Part shown: piece after piece, positions 40,191 to 50,116 of the stretch | How the letters are laid out: the number at the start of each line of letters is the position of its first letter | Position numbering within the stretch: position 1 is the stretch's first letter | NCBI GenBank assembly: GCA_965217585.1 | Contig: OZ244561.1 | Location: 4,992,001 to 5,056,000, forward strand | Origin: Candidatus Latescibacterota bacterium | GTDB taxonomy: Bacteria; Latescibacterota; UBA2968; UBA8231 | Length of the DNA: 64,000 bases | Direction of reading: 5' to 3' | The notes under the pieces: generated by a model | Told to the model about the DNA's origin: nothing | What the model saw: only the letters and a program-made list of their open reading frames with translations | The model's database searches: none | Position numbers and translations under genes: made by a program

Positions 40191-41432
40191 TCAGCCGGGC
40201 ACTACGGGCTGTTCCCGATCCTGTTCCACCAGGGGCCGGTTGCCGTCGGCCTCGACGACAAAGCTCTGCTCCATGTGCAAAGAAGCCCGTCCCGGCGCAA
40301 AGATCATCGCCTCCAGATTGAGCACCATGCCGGCCTCCAGCGACAAATCCGCGGCCTCGTCAATGCATTCGTCGGCGATGCGGCCGCCCTTGTCCGGCAC
40401 TAAGATGGGATAGTCCCGCACTTCTAGGCCGACGCCGTGGCCGTGGGGGAAGGAGGCCGCTACGCCGCGTCCACCGAGAACGTCTCCCATAGCCTTCGGC
40501 GCGTCCGAGGCTTTAGCTCCCACTTGTAAAGCGGCTTGCCCGGCCCGCATGCACTCGTACAACGCTTGGTATTTGCCGATCCATTCTCCTTCCAGCCCGC
40601 CCACCGCCAGCGTTACCCCGCTGTCTGAGCAATAGTTGCGGTACAGGCAGCCGTAGTCCACGTACAGGGCGTCGCCCTCTATCAAGGCGTAATCCGGTTC
40701 CGTCGCTAGCCCTAGGCCCCGAATGCCATAGGCAAAGTGATCGACATCCGCGCCCAAGAGCCCGACTTGGACCCGGAAGCGCTGCTGCACATCGCGCAGG
40801 CGCACGCCGGGCCGGGCCTCGGCAAAAGCAGCGGCGGCAGCTTGTTCGCCAATGTGCGCCGCCTCGGCCAAAAGCGCCTGTTCGGCGGGGCTTTTGACCA
40901 TGCGGATTAGGCGGATCATGTTGGAGCAATCGACCAGTTCGGCCTTGGGCAAAGCCGCTCGCACCGCGTCTAACAGCGCCGTTGGTACGCCCCCTGTCTC
41001 TAGACCTAACCGCGCCTCGGCCAAGCCCGCTTGCCGCACCAGATGCGCTAGAGCATCCACCGCCGTCGCCTCCGAGCGCATCGCCCGCAACTGCTGCCAC
41101 AAGCGCTGCTGCGCCTCGTCCATCGGCCCCAAGGGCGTGCCCCACTCAAAAGGCGCATCGCCCCAAGGACACAGATCCACGGGCAAGTCCAAGGCATTGA
41201 CCGCCAACAGCGGGGACACGGTCAGGCCGGGGCGTCCTTCCGGCCGATACAGGGCAAACGCGGGCAGTAAATCGCCGCTGCCGCCGGGGTTGACCATGAA
41301 TTCCTTGAACTGCCCGTCCAACCAGCAATGGTAATCGGTGAAATAGGTGATATTGACCGGCGAACTCGCAATGATTCCGTCTAGGCCGCAGCGCTGCATA
41401 TAGGCGGCGGCTCTGGGGGCATTACACGGCAT
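40191..41432 (-). CDS. Xaa-Pro peptidase (M24) family metallopeptidase
   Basis: RMVKSPAE, VDYG..Y.NYCSD, HGHGVGLEV, LNLE, HMEQ. Confidence 0.85.
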   Translation of the reverse strand: MPCNAPRAAAYMQRCGLDGIIASSPVNITYFTDYHCWLDGQFKEFMVNPGGSGDLLPAFALYRPEGRPGLTVSPLLAVNALDLPVDLCPWGDAPFEWGTPLGPMDEAQQRLWQQLRAMRSEATAVDALAHLVRQAGLAEARLGLETGGVPTALLDAVRAALPKAELVDCSNMIRLIRMVKSPAEQALLAEAAHIGEQAAAAAFAEARPGVRLRDVQQRFRVQVGLLGADVDHFAYGIRGLGLATEPDYALIEGDALYVDYGCLYRNYCSDSGVTLAVGGLEGEWIGKYQALYECMRAGQAALQVGAKASDAPKAMGDVLGGRGVAASFPHGHGVGLEVRDYPILVPDKGGRIADECIDEAADLSLEAGMVLNLEAMIFAPGRASLHMEQSFVVEADGNRPLVEQDREQPVVPG

Positions 41433-41457
41433 AATCGTTTTTCTTTTTTTATAAGGG

Positions 41458-41557
41458 TCAGAACAGGATGCGGGCACTCAGAACCGGTCTAGGGTTTCTC
41501 CGCTGATCAAGAGCTACGTCAAGCACGAGGCTGATCCGCGCCTTTCCACTCATAAAC
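41458..41557 (-). pseudogene. 3' stub of a homologue of the 37924-38505 gene
   Basis: Reads FMSGKARISLVLDVALDQRRNPRPVLSARILF* versus FMSGASRIKPAINVALDPRKNHRPILGARILF*. Confidence 0.8.
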
Positions 41558-42369
41558 GATGAAAAAACAGGGGGCCTGTTGTGTGCTGTTGGCCTTTGAG
41601 CTGCATACCGGCTTGCGCTGAAAAATGGAGTCCTTTGATCGAGGCGTTTATCGGCGTCGGGTCTGACCAGTCCAGCCTATCGATGCGCACGAAGCGGCCG
41701 TGGGCTTTGTCTTGTGGGCTCAAGGCGACCGTCCGGTTGGATTGGAGGGCGACGATAAAGTGTTTCTTCAGGTCTTGGCGGATAAACGACCGGTTTTCTT
41801 TGGCCGAAAACCAACTATCGGCCAAGACATAGCGGTAGCTCAGGCGATTGTGCTGGCAGATCCGTAGCATCGGCCGCAGCAATTGGTTTTTGGTCACCTC
41901 GCTTTTGCCTTTGAGCGGCCGCGTTTGGCGATCGCAAAACGGAATCGGTTTACGCACTAACGCATAGGCCACCGGCACACTGACATCGCCGGCCTGATAG
42001 ATGCAATTGAGCAGGTTCAAGCCTTTGACGGAGCGGTTTTTACTAGGATCGAAGTGCCAACAGATCAACTCATTTTCATCCGTGTGCGGCTTTTCCTGAA
42101 TCGTGTCATCGAAAATGAGCACCCCGTCTTCACGCTCGATGGTGCGCACCACGGATTTGACTTGATGCCAGAGCTCTTTCGACGTGTACTCGGCTTGGGA
42201 CAAAAAGCGCGTCACTTGGTCGTGGCTGATTTGGCCATCCAACAGAGACGAAAGGCCGGTGGCGGTCGTAGCGCCAAAAGAACTCAACAGATAATCACTA
42301 TAGAGGGCTAACAGTTTTTTATCCATGACAGAAAAGATAAACCAATGCCTAAAGGCTGCGTAACATCAC
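41550..42369 (-). mobile_element. Truncated IS701-family (DDE) transposase with one probable terminal repeat at 42356-42369
   Basis: LYSDYLLSSFGATTATGLS, SHDQVTRFL, LIFDDTIQEK, VLADSWF; C-terminal catalytic part missing; GTGATGTTACGCAG upstream resembles IS701-type ends. Confidence 0.8.
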
Positions 42370-42426
42370 TGCATAATTGTTCGCTAGTCCGACCGATCTC
42401 CCGTGTAGATTGGGTGTTGCTCTAAG

Positions 42427-45066
42427 TCAGGCAACGCTGGTTTTTTCTAGTAACTGCTGCCGTACGTCCTTCCCATCGACCATTTGCTCCGCGATGATGA
42501 ACAGGCCCTTGCCGTCACTCGACCTCTCCCAAAGAGCGCCAATGGTCCGCTTTTCGTTGGTATCGGACCCTTCGGCGATATGTGCGCCTTTGTATTCGAC
42601 GACGACGAGACGACCGTCGTTTAGCAAAGAGACGAAGTCCGGGTAGAATTTGTCTGTTGCGGTGGGCAGCCAAAACGAGTTGGGATGGCGCGCTACATTG
42701 CGAATCCAGTACTTCACTGCCGCCAGACTGTCGATGACCTGAGCGCATCGCATTTCCTCGCCGTCGTCTGCGCCGTCAAAGATGGGAACGCGATCCGGGC
42801 CTAAGAAGTGCTTGCCCGGTTTCCAGCGCCCGCGATAGCGCCGTTGCTCCCAGTACATGTTGTCCACAAATGTGAAGGCCGTATCGAACGAGACCGTTGT
42901 GTTGGCCTCGGGTACCAAGAGGTACTGCTGATAGACTCTGCTTCGTTCCTTTTGGCGAATGTCCGCGATCTTGTTCTCGATTTTCTTGGCGAGTAGGAAC
43001 TTGCAACGCATTAGCGCGGCGATGGTCATGCCGCGTGTGTTGAGCAGGTGATCGACCAGTTCGCGCAGCCATTTGAGCAGTTCGCTTTGGTGAATGTCCA
43101 TCTGGCGCACCTGCCGGTCGAGCCACAGGACGAGCGCCTCGGCGGTCCAGCCTTCGACGGCAATATCCAGCGCCAATTGCTCCTCTTCGCTGGCGAACTG
43201 GTAGGTGATGCGATTGCCGTCAATGTCTATTGCAAAGCTGCGCGCTGTCTCGTGGATAGTGAACTCCTGTTCGTCCATTTTTGGCGAATAATCGAGTAGC
43301 GACCAGTCGTGGTATTCCATGAACACGTCCGTATCGGCGAATTCCAGCGTGCCCTGGATTTCCGACATGAGGCGTGGGACTTTGAATGGCTGGCCCTGTT
43401 CGGCGGGGGATACTTGCTCTTTGACCGCGGCGCGGTATTGGGTAACGGCAGTGGCAAAACCTTTTCGCTCCTGCTCGGGCAATGCCTCCAAAATCACCTG
43501 CTCGCGGTCCTGATTGATCCAGCCAGTAAGCGCGATCTCGACCTGCCCTTCAGCGGTTTCGCGTACTAGCAGTCCGTCGTGCTCTGACTCTCTGAGTTCC
43601 GACAGGATTTCCGGGGTTGCCGGGGTCGTATATCTGAATACCGGCTCCGGCTTTTCCTGCGGACTGAACAAGTCTCTCTGGAAGTCGAGCGTGCGCTGCA
43701 CCGGCTCAATGTTATCGAGGGCTTCGTCTTCCTCAAAGCCCATGTCCACCAATTTGTCGGCCAAGGCGCGCGCCGCTTCGCCAAAAGATGGCTCGGACAG
43801 GAAGGCGTAGGCTTTGTTGAGGCCGGGTGCTTGGCGGCGCTTGGCATAGGGCATCCGCAGCACGCGGCCGAGTAATTGCTCGACGTCTGTCGCGCTTTGG
43901 ATGCGCGATACGGAGCAGAAAATGTAGGCGAAGGAGCAGTCCCATCCTTCTTTGAGCGCCTCGATCGTAATGACGTATTCGATGGGACAGGTGCGGTCGA
44001 ACAAGTCGATGCCGTCGAGTTCGCGCTGGTCGCCGGTGGCAATGGCGATTTTGCTTTCCGGGATTTGCTCAATGTCTATCAGGTGATTTTTCAGGGCCGC
44101 GACTGTTACCTCTTGGTTTTTCGGCTGCGCTTGGAACAAGATGATGGGACGGATGTAGTCGGCATCGTCCTTGGCCGTCTCTGCAAGTGAAGCACAGGTG
44201 GCAATGGCCCCGTTCACCGCGTTCTGCCAAGTGTCGTGCTCGGCAAGCATGATGGGCAGTTTGATCATTTCTTCGCGCTTGAGTTCTTGGGCGGTGACGC
44301 TGTGCAGGATGTTCGACTTGCGCTGCGGGGTCGCTGTGAATTCGACGATGGCGCAGGGGTTGACTCGCGCCTGCATTTCCCGCGTCAGGCCGGTGACGGC
44401 GTTGTGTGCCTCATCGACTATCATCAGGGGCTGATGGCGATGCAGCAGGTTGGCGAAGGAGAATTTGACGGTGCCGTTGTCCAGCTTTTCCAAGCCAGGC
44501 GCAGTATCCCGGACGCCGGAGAAGTGCGGTTCCATTTCTTCGTTGTGGGCGTATACTTTGCGCCCTTCGGTGTTCGACACCCGCAGCGTTTGAATGGTGC
44601 CGACCACAATGCAGCAGTGATCGCGCAGGTCGTGCGGCCGGATATGGGTGAAGTCGGCGATGTCGAATACGCGCACCCGGCCGTCGAAAGCATCGTCCAG
44701 CGTTTGCCGATACGCATGGCGGGTGTTTTTCAGGGCTTCGACTGTCTGTCGGCGGATGATATTGGTCGGCACCAACCACAGCACCAATGGATAGTCCTTT
44801 TCGATCCAGGCATTGCGGGCGATGGAGACGGCGTGGGCGGCTAGGATTGTTTTGCCGCCGCCGGTGGGTAGGCGCAGGCAGACGTAGGGAACGTCCGGTA
44901 ATTCTTTTAGCGGTGCATAGGATTCGGCATAGCCTCTAAGCCGCGCGGCCTGCTCTGGCTCTTGGGTTATGGCTTCGTAGGCGTTTTTGGGTCCGGCGAT
45001 ACGCGCTTCCTCGAAGAAGCGGCGCAGGACGGAGAGGGTGTCGGCTTGATATTGTTTTAGCTGCAT
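42427..45066 (-). CDS. res: Type III-like restriction subunit (SF2 helicase + PD-(D/E)xK nuclease)
   Basis: LKQYQ, PTGGGKT, DEAHN, FTATP, LKEGWDC, QLLGRVLR, FYPDF..VVEYKG. Confidence 0.88.
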   Translation of the reverse strand: MQLKQYQADTLSVLRRFFEEARIAGPKNAYEAITQEPEQAARLRGYAESYAPLKELPDVPYVCLRLPTGGGKTILAAHAVSIARNAWIEKDYPLVLWLVPTNIIRRQTVEALKNTRHAYRQTLDDAFDGRVRVFDIADFTHIRPHDLRDHCCIVVGTIQTLRVSNTEGRKVYAHNEEMEPHFSGVRDTAPGLEKLDNGTVKFSFANLLHRHQPLMIVDEAHNAVTGLTREMQARVNPCAIVEFTATPQRKSNILHSVTAQELKREEMIKLPIMLAEHDTWQNAVNGAIATCASLAETAKDDADYIRPIILFQAQPKNQEVTVAALKNHLIDIEQIPESKIAIATGDQRELDGIDLFDRTCPIEYVITIEALKEGWDCSFAYIFCSVSRIQSATDVEQLLGRVLRMPYAKRRQAPGLNKAYAFLSEPSFGEAARALADKLVDMGFEEDEALDNIEPVQRTLDFQRDLFSPQEKPEPVFRYTTPATPEILSELRESEHDGLLVRETAEGQVEIALTGWINQDREQVILEALPEQERKGFATAVTQYRAAVKEQVSPAEQGQPFKVPRLMSEIQGTLEFADTDVFMEYHDWSLLDYSPKMDEQEFTIHETARSFAIDIDGNRITYQFASEEEQLALDIAVEGWTAEALVLWLDRQVRQMDIHQSELLKWLRELVDHLLNTRGMTIAALMRCKFLLAKKIENKIADIRQKERSRVYQQYLLVPEANTTVSFDTAFTFVDNMYWEQRRYRGRWKPGKHFLGPDRVPIFDGADDGEEMRCAQVIDSLAAVKYWIRNVARHPNSFWLPTATDKFYPDFVSLLNDGRLVVVEYKGAHIAEGSDTNEKRTIGALWERSSDGKGLFIIAEQMVDGKDVRQQLLEKTSVA

Positions 45067-45069
45067 GGA

Positions 45070-46593
45070 TCAGGTGCGCGCTTTGATATCGTAGGGCGTC
45101 TGTTTGAAGACGATGCCTTGCTGGTCGAGCGTCGCTGGCGTCAAGCGCGACTGCTCGCCATAGACCGTGAGCGGTCCGGCGAAATTGGCGTCCTTGTGTG
45201 CAATTTCCTGCCGAATCACAGCGAGGGTTGCACGGGTCAAGACGTTGCCTTTGTCGCCGAGGATGCCGTTGTACAGCAAGGCATAAGCGCGGCCGTCGTG
45301 TAGGCCGAGGAAGGGGGAAGCGCTGTTGCCGCGCCACGGACGCCCGGTTTCGCTGAAATAGACATGGGCGGCGAGCACGGAAAAGCGAATGTCGGAGCGG
45401 ATATGCCCTTCCTCGTCGAATACGGGTGGGCCGAGGCGATAGAAGCGGAAGCCGCCGCCGCCCTGCCAGCCGACGCTTTTGGAGATGCCGCCTTGTTCAC
45501 CGTCAATCACTTTGTTCAGGCGGGGGACGCAATGGCTAACGGCGTGCTCGCCCATTTCAATGCCGATGTAGCGGCGGCCCATCTTGTGCGCGACGGCTGC
45601 GGTGGTACCGGAGCCGAGGAAAGAGTCGAGGACGAGGTCGCCGGGGTCGGTGGCGATGTGGAGGATGCGTTGAAGAAGGCGTTCGGGTTTTGGAGTGTCG
45701 AAGGCATTGGATGCTCCAAACAGAGCATTTACTTCTTTCTTGGCTTCCTGATTATGACCGACTTCCCTGTTGGTCCACCAACTCCAAGATTTTACTCCTT
45801 CTGCCTCCGATAGATAGTTTTTTACGCGCGGTCGAGATCTGCCATCCTTCCCAAACCATATCCTTCCTTGATTACACAGATGCCTAAAGTTCTCTTTAAC
45901 ATTAGCCCAGCATCGGCCCTCTGGTGGAGAATAACGAACGCCAGCCGGAGTTACGATTTCATACATCTGATTTGGTCGATAACCTTGGGCGGTGAAATCC
46001 GTAGAAACCCACGGGCCGCGTAAGTCATCATCAGGATTCTTGTATGAACTGCGCTGCTCCTCTGTAAGCGACAGATTGTTTAAGCTGTTTCTTGTCGTCT
46101 GGCTACCATAAACAAAGATATGGTCATGCGCATCACCCATATTTATCCGTCCGTCAGGCGATGTTCTCTTTTGCCAAAGGCAGTTTACAATGAAGTTTTT
46201 TCGACCATAGATTTCGTCTGCAATGATCTTGAGATAGTGACTCTCTTCGTCATCAATATTGATCCAAATTGATCCTTCATCCGCTAGGAACTCTCTCAAT
46301 ATTTCGAGACGCGGCCACATCACCGCTAGCCACTTGCTGTGTTCGAGATTGTCGTCGTAGTGCTCGAAGGCCGAGCGCGTGTTATACGGCGGGTCGATGT
46401 AGATGCACTTCACTTGATTGGCGTAGAACGGCAGCAGTGCCTTCAGTGCTTCCAGATTGTCGCCTTGGATGAGCATGTTGGCGGCGTCTGGGTCGCCGGT
46501 GGAAAGGTCGGGAGCTTCTTCAAGGAGGCGATAGGGGACGCGGGCGGCGGCGTGGATGTCGGCGTCTCGCGTGAGCCAGTGCAGAGTCGGCAT
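45070..46593 (-). CDS. mod: Type III-like adenine DNA methyltransferase (Mod)
   Basis: IQGDNLEAL, IYIDPPYNT, TPKPERL, DSFLGSGTT; lower-GC central TRD. Confidence 0.92.
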   Translation of the reverse strand: MPTLHWLTRDADIHAAARVPYRLLEEAPDLSTGDPDAANMLIQGDNLEALKALLPFYANQVKCIYIDPPYNTRSAFEHYDDNLEHSKWLAVMWPRLEILREFLADEGSIWINIDDEESHYLKIIADEIYGRKNFIVNCLWQKRTSPDGRINMGDAHDHIFVYGSQTTRNSLNNLSLTEEQRSSYKNPDDDLRGPWVSTDFTAQGYRPNQMYEIVTPAGVRYSPPEGRCWANVKENFRHLCNQGRIWFGKDGRSRPRVKNYLSEAEGVKSWSWWTNREVGHNQEAKKEVNALFGASNAFDTPKPERLLQRILHIATDPGDLVLDSFLGSGTTAAVAHKMGRRYIGIEMGEHAVSHCVPRLNKVIDGEQGGISKSVGWQGGGGFRFYRLGPPVFDEEGHIRSDIRFSVLAAHVYFSETGRPWRGNSASPFLGLHDGRAYALLYNGILGDKGNVLTRATLAVIRQEIAHKDANFAGPLTVYGEQSRLTPATLDQQGIVFKQTPYDIKART

Positions 46594-48098
46594 TAGCTAT
46601 CGGCCTCCGGGACTTCTTTTTTATATTCGGCGATCCATTCTTCGGCTTCTTCTTCGGTGTAGGAGCCGGTAATAGCGCCGCTGTCTTCCGGCAGTCCATA
46701 GCTTATCGGTTCGCCAATGTGGGGTGTCAGTTTTTTCCGCAACTTATTTGCTTTTTCGGCAGGCAAATCTTTTAGAGTTTGTGTTAAAATTTCTGGTTTG
46801 CTCCGAGCTCGATTTAAAAGGCGTCGGAGCAGACAGAGCAAGCCGTCTGTGCCGCTAGAATAGCCCAAGCCTCCTACAAGGGAAGCCACATCTTCTTTGG
46901 TCAATCCGCCTGCGAAAATTATCGTCGATAAATCGGTTTCTTTGCCAATTGACGACTTGATGTGTTGTGCAAACTGACGACTAGACCATGGTTTAATGTC
47001 AGCTCCTTGCAGTGATGCCTCGTGAAGATCAGCCCCTTGCAGTTGTGTAAAAGAAAGAATAGCTCCTTGCAGTGATGCCTCACTAAGATCAGCCCCTTGT
47101 AGTCGTGCTGACGTAAGATTAGCTCCTTGCAGTGATGCCCCTCGAAGATCAGCTCCTTGCAGTGATGCCTCACTAAGATCAGCCCCTTGTAGCTCTGCCA
47201 ACGCAAGATGATCGGTTCCTTGTAGCTGTGCCCTGTAAAGAGTGGCCCCTTGTAGTTGCACCGACTCAAGATTAGCTCCTTGCAGACGGGCTTCACTTAG
47301 CAATCCCCTTTGCAGTTTCGCGTCACGAAGGTCTGTTCCTTGCAAGTATGCATTTCGAAGGTCAACCCCCTGTAGATGCGCCCCCGTGAGATCAGCCTTT
47401 TGCAGGTAAGCCTTGGTCATGATTAGAACAGTCTTTGACAGACGTGCTCCTGGGAGACTGGCTCCGTTTAGCCAACTTCCCTCCAAATTGATAAGGTGAT
47501 TTTCAAAGACCCTGTGGGGCATCACAAATAGTAAAGTCAATAAGCTTTGGATTTCTTCCGAGGGTTCCGACTTGTGCGTTTCTCGATACTCGTCCTTTCC
47601 AGTCGTCTGGCGGACATAGGCGCAGAGAATATCGAGCACCGTCTGGCGCAACTCTTTGGTGTCTTTCGCCAGATGGAAGAGTTCGTAGGCTCCACCTAGA
47701 CGCACAGAGTCCTTTTCGTGCCCTAAGTGTTCAATGGCGTTTTTCAGGCGCTCCTGCCGCTGCCCCTGTTCGGTGAGCTTGTTGGCTTTTGCCTGCTCCT
47801 CTGTGGCTCTAGCCTGTGCTTTTGCGGCATCGGCCTGCGTTTTCGCGGTATCCTCCAGCGCCTTGGCGCGCTTGTAGGACATCAGGGCTTGCAGGGCGAC
47901 CAACAAGCCGCCCATGCCGATCCCAACAAATTTCAGAGTCTCTAAATTTTTTTTGGATAAACCAGGAAGTCCAGAAATATGCGTTCCGGCACGCTCAGAG
48001 AACAGGACGCATACGAAAGCCACGAACGTTAGGGTGAGCAGGACGCTAAGAATGCTTAAAAGAGGCTCTTTTTTGACTTTGTTCCAGATAGCCTTCAC
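46593..48098 (-). CDS. Membrane-anchored pentapeptide repeat protein
   Basis: Two N-terminal TM helices, coiled coil, AIEHLG..SVRLGGAYEL, many LQGADL repeats; TAATG overlap with mod. Confidence 0.85.
   Translation of the reverse strand: MKAIWNKVKKEPLLSILSVLLTLTFVAFVCVLFSERAGTHISGLPGLSKKNLETLKFVGIGMGGLLVALQALMSYKRAKALEDTAKTQADAAKAQARATEEQAKANKLTEQGQRQERLKNAIEHLGHEKDSVRLGGAYELFHLAKDTKELRQTVLDILCAYVRQTTGKDEYRETHKSEPSEEIQSLLTLLFVMPHRVFENHLINLEGSWLNGASLPGARLSKTVLIMTKAYLQKADLTGAHLQGVDLRNAYLQGTDLRDAKLQRGLLSEARLQGANLESVQLQGATLYRAQLQGTDHLALAELQGADLSEASLQGADLRGASLQGANLTSARLQGADLSEASLQGAILSFTQLQGADLHEASLQGADIKPWSSRQFAQHIKSSIGKETDLSTIIFAGGLTKEDVASLVGGLGYSSGTDGLLCLLRRLLNRARSKPEILTQTLKDLPAEKANKLRKKLTPHIGEPISYGLPEDSGAITGSYTEEEAEEWIAEYKKEVPEADS
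47001..47300 (-). repeat. About 30-bp coding tandem repeats encoding pentapeptide units
   Basis: AG(C/T)(T/C)CCTTG every 30 nt; 47061-47102 identical to 47151-47192. Confidence 0.9.
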
Positions 48099-48144
48099 GA
48101 TAGCCTTTCACGGTAAAAGCGCGCTTAATACTCAACTCTCTCGT

Positions 48145-48834
48145 TTAGTCGGAAGTCGCCAGCGAGCATTCCAAGCGTTCTAACCATTCCTCAAAGTGTG
48201 GGCACTCGCGGCGTATTGCACGGATACCGATTTCCAATGCAGCTAAGTTTCCCATCAGCGGCTTCTGGTAGTTAGGCATCAGATGCTCAATGCGCTTAGA
48301 GGGTGCGGTATGAGGTGAATCGTCGATTTCTTCCGGGCTGGCGAATTGGTCGCGAATGGCCTGCAAAGGCTGGACGAGATCCTCTCGGCCAATTCCGCGA
48401 CCGAATCCTTCACAATCGCTGAAAAGCATGGCCTCGAACTCGTGCATCATCACGTATGGAATGAAGCGGTCCAGGTTAAAGGCACCGCCCATCCCTTGGC
48501 TGATGTCTGCCGAAAGCAAAGCCTCAACAGTCTTTGCTTTCTGTGCAAACGAAACCCCGCCCGCGCCCTTTCTTCCCGGCCAAGTTTGCGGTAGCCCGTA
48601 GTAATCCACCATGGTAGTGACAAGGCGTCCAGCATCTTGCTTGAGGTGCCTCAATATATCCTTCCTTACCTCGTCCCATCCCTTGATCCCGCCTCGGCGG
48701 CTGCGCTGACGAACGTTCCCTATCAAGCGAGCACTCACCACAGAGTAGCCACGAGTATACAAGTAGGGGCTGAGCACTTCGTTTACGAAGGTCTCTTCGG
48801 TTTCGCCCTCGACATGTACGAGTAACCGGCTCAC
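48145..48834 (-). CDS. DUF4276 family protein (TOPRIM-like)
   Basis: VHVEGETEE, TTMVDYYGLP, HEFEAMLFSD, PEEIDD..TAPSKRI, ECPHF..WL; GTGA overlap with the ATPase. Confidence 0.85.
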   Translation of the reverse strand: MSRLLVHVEGETEETFVNEVLSPYLYTRGYSVVSARLIGNVRQRSRRGGIKGWDEVRKDILRHLKQDAGRLVTTMVDYYGLPQTWPGRKGAGGVSFAQKAKTVEALLSADISQGMGGAFNLDRFIPYVMMHEFEAMLFSDCEGFGRGIGREDLVQPLQAIRDQFASPEEIDDSPHTAPSKRIEHLMPNYQKPLMGNLAALEIGIRAIRRECPHFEEWLERLECSLATSD

Positions 48835-49958
48835 CCCAATTCTTCTGGGGCAGGGCGACCGCCGATCTCGTTCTTCTCCCACAACTGGCCGAGGCTGTAG
48901 TCCTGCAACCACGTTTCTAGGCTAGGCGTATCCAGCCGCGTGAGTTGTGTTTGTCCGTTTACGCGGTTGGCCACGAGCACGTCTTCTGGCTCGAAGTGAT
49001 CAAGCAGAAAAGGCGACTGGGTCGCCAGAATGATCTGCGTTTGGGCCGCTGCCTGCTTGAGAAGGGAGGCCAACATAGTGATCGCGTAGGGATGCAGGCC
49101 AAGCTCTGGTTCGTCTAAGAGAATGACCGAGGGCCGAAGCGACTCTGGCTGGAGGAGCAGGGTCGCCAGTGCAATAAACCGCAGTGAGCCATCGGAGAGC
49201 GAAGCGGCATCAAAGTAGGCGTCGGTTCCTTTGTGCCGCCATTCGAGGCGAATTTTGTCCTCGTTGAGCTGTTGAGGAGCAAGTGCAAAATCGTCAAAAA
49301 ACGGCGCAACTCTCTGCACTGTACGACGGATCAGGCTATACGAAGACTCATGCTTCTCGCGCAAGTAGTACAGAAATGGGGCCAAGTTGGCACCGTCGGG
49401 ACGAAAAAAGCGGTTGTCGTTCAAGTCGGCAGTTTTCTTCATTGACGAGCCGGAACTCGTGTCGTGGAAATGGTAGAGACGCCAACTGTCGAGAGGATTT
49501 TTTATGTCATTCTCAAGTTGTGGTGCTTCCGGCAATGAGGGAAGTTCGACTTCGTCGCTAGATGTACTATCAAAAGATTGTACAGATTGATATCCAGGAT
49601 GCTCCGACTGGGTACCTTCTAATTCCATACGGAGCGCGTCCACATAGAGCGCATCCGCGTCCGTTGCCTTCAGCCTGATCTCATACTTGTAGCTCTTCTC
49701 TTTAAAAGAGAGCCGAACGATTAACTCCTCTGTTACCTTAGAGCCGTAGTGCAGAATCTTATCAGCTCCGCCGGCTTGGATGACGTAGTGTCGGAGATGC
49801 TCTGAGTTAATGGCATTGAGGAAGGGGAACACGCCGATGAAGTTCGACTTGCCTGAGCCATTTGGACCGATCAGTACATTGATTGGGCCAAGCGGCAAAT
49901 TCTCAATATGGCTAATACTCTTAAAGCCTTTGATCGAGATACTGTGGAGTGTGGACAT
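48831..49958 (-). CDS. ABC/SMC-like ATPase (AAA_21 type)
   Basis: IKGFKS, GPNGSGKSN, LSDGSLR, LLDEPELGLHP, ATQSP. Confidence 0.9.
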   Translation of the reverse strand: MSTLHSISIKGFKSISHIENLPLGPINVLIGPNGSGKSNFIGVFPFLNAINSEHLRHYVIQAGGADKILHYGSKVTEELIVRLSFKEKSYKYEIRLKATDADALYVDALRMELEGTQSEHPGYQSVQSFDSTSSDEVELPSLPEAPQLENDIKNPLDSWRLYHFHDTSSGSSMKKTADLNDNRFFRPDGANLAPFLYYLREKHESSYSLIRRTVQRVAPFFDDFALAPQQLNEDKIRLEWRHKGTDAYFDAASLSDGSLRFIALATLLLQPESLRPSVILLDEPELGLHPYAITMLASLLKQAAAQTQIILATQSPFLLDHFEPEDVLVANRVNGQTQLTRLDTPSLETWLQDYSLGQLWEKNEIGGRPAPEELG

Positions 49959-49967
49959 AGTGAATTC

Positions 49968-50072
49968 TTATTGTGGTCTGTTTGCTTGGAAGGACCTGAC
50001 CGTCCGCACCTCTCGTCCGGGCAAATAGTGTCTCAACGTCCATGGAACCGACTCATCGAGAAGCACTCTCAT
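49968..50072 (-). pseudogene. N-terminal stub (34 aa) of a DUF5615-type PIN toxin
   Basis: MRVLLDESVP..LR..LPG.EVRTV is the typical start of the family; early stop. Confidence 0.7.
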
Positions 50073-50116
50073 TCTTGAGGATACGTTTGGGCGAGAAAGG
50101 TGTCTCCTAGAATCAC
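50069..50116 (-). pseudogene. 15-codon deletion-fusion remnant VILGDTFLAQTYPQE*
   Basis: GTGA overlap with the upstream antitoxin; VILGDT resembles VapC MILVDT; ATGA overlap with the DUF5615 stub. Confidence 0.5.

Noticed and set aside
41550-42369. Active IS element
   Set aside because: The transposase is truncated and no second terminal repeat or target duplication was found
47001-47300. 30-bp periodic repeats as a CRISPR array
   Set aside because: In-frame coding pentapeptide units with no unique spacers; no cas genes in the window
48087-48111. Short tandem duplication GATAGCCTT(T)CAC at the pentapeptide gene start
   Set aside because: Too short to interpret; it only makes the start codon ambiguous
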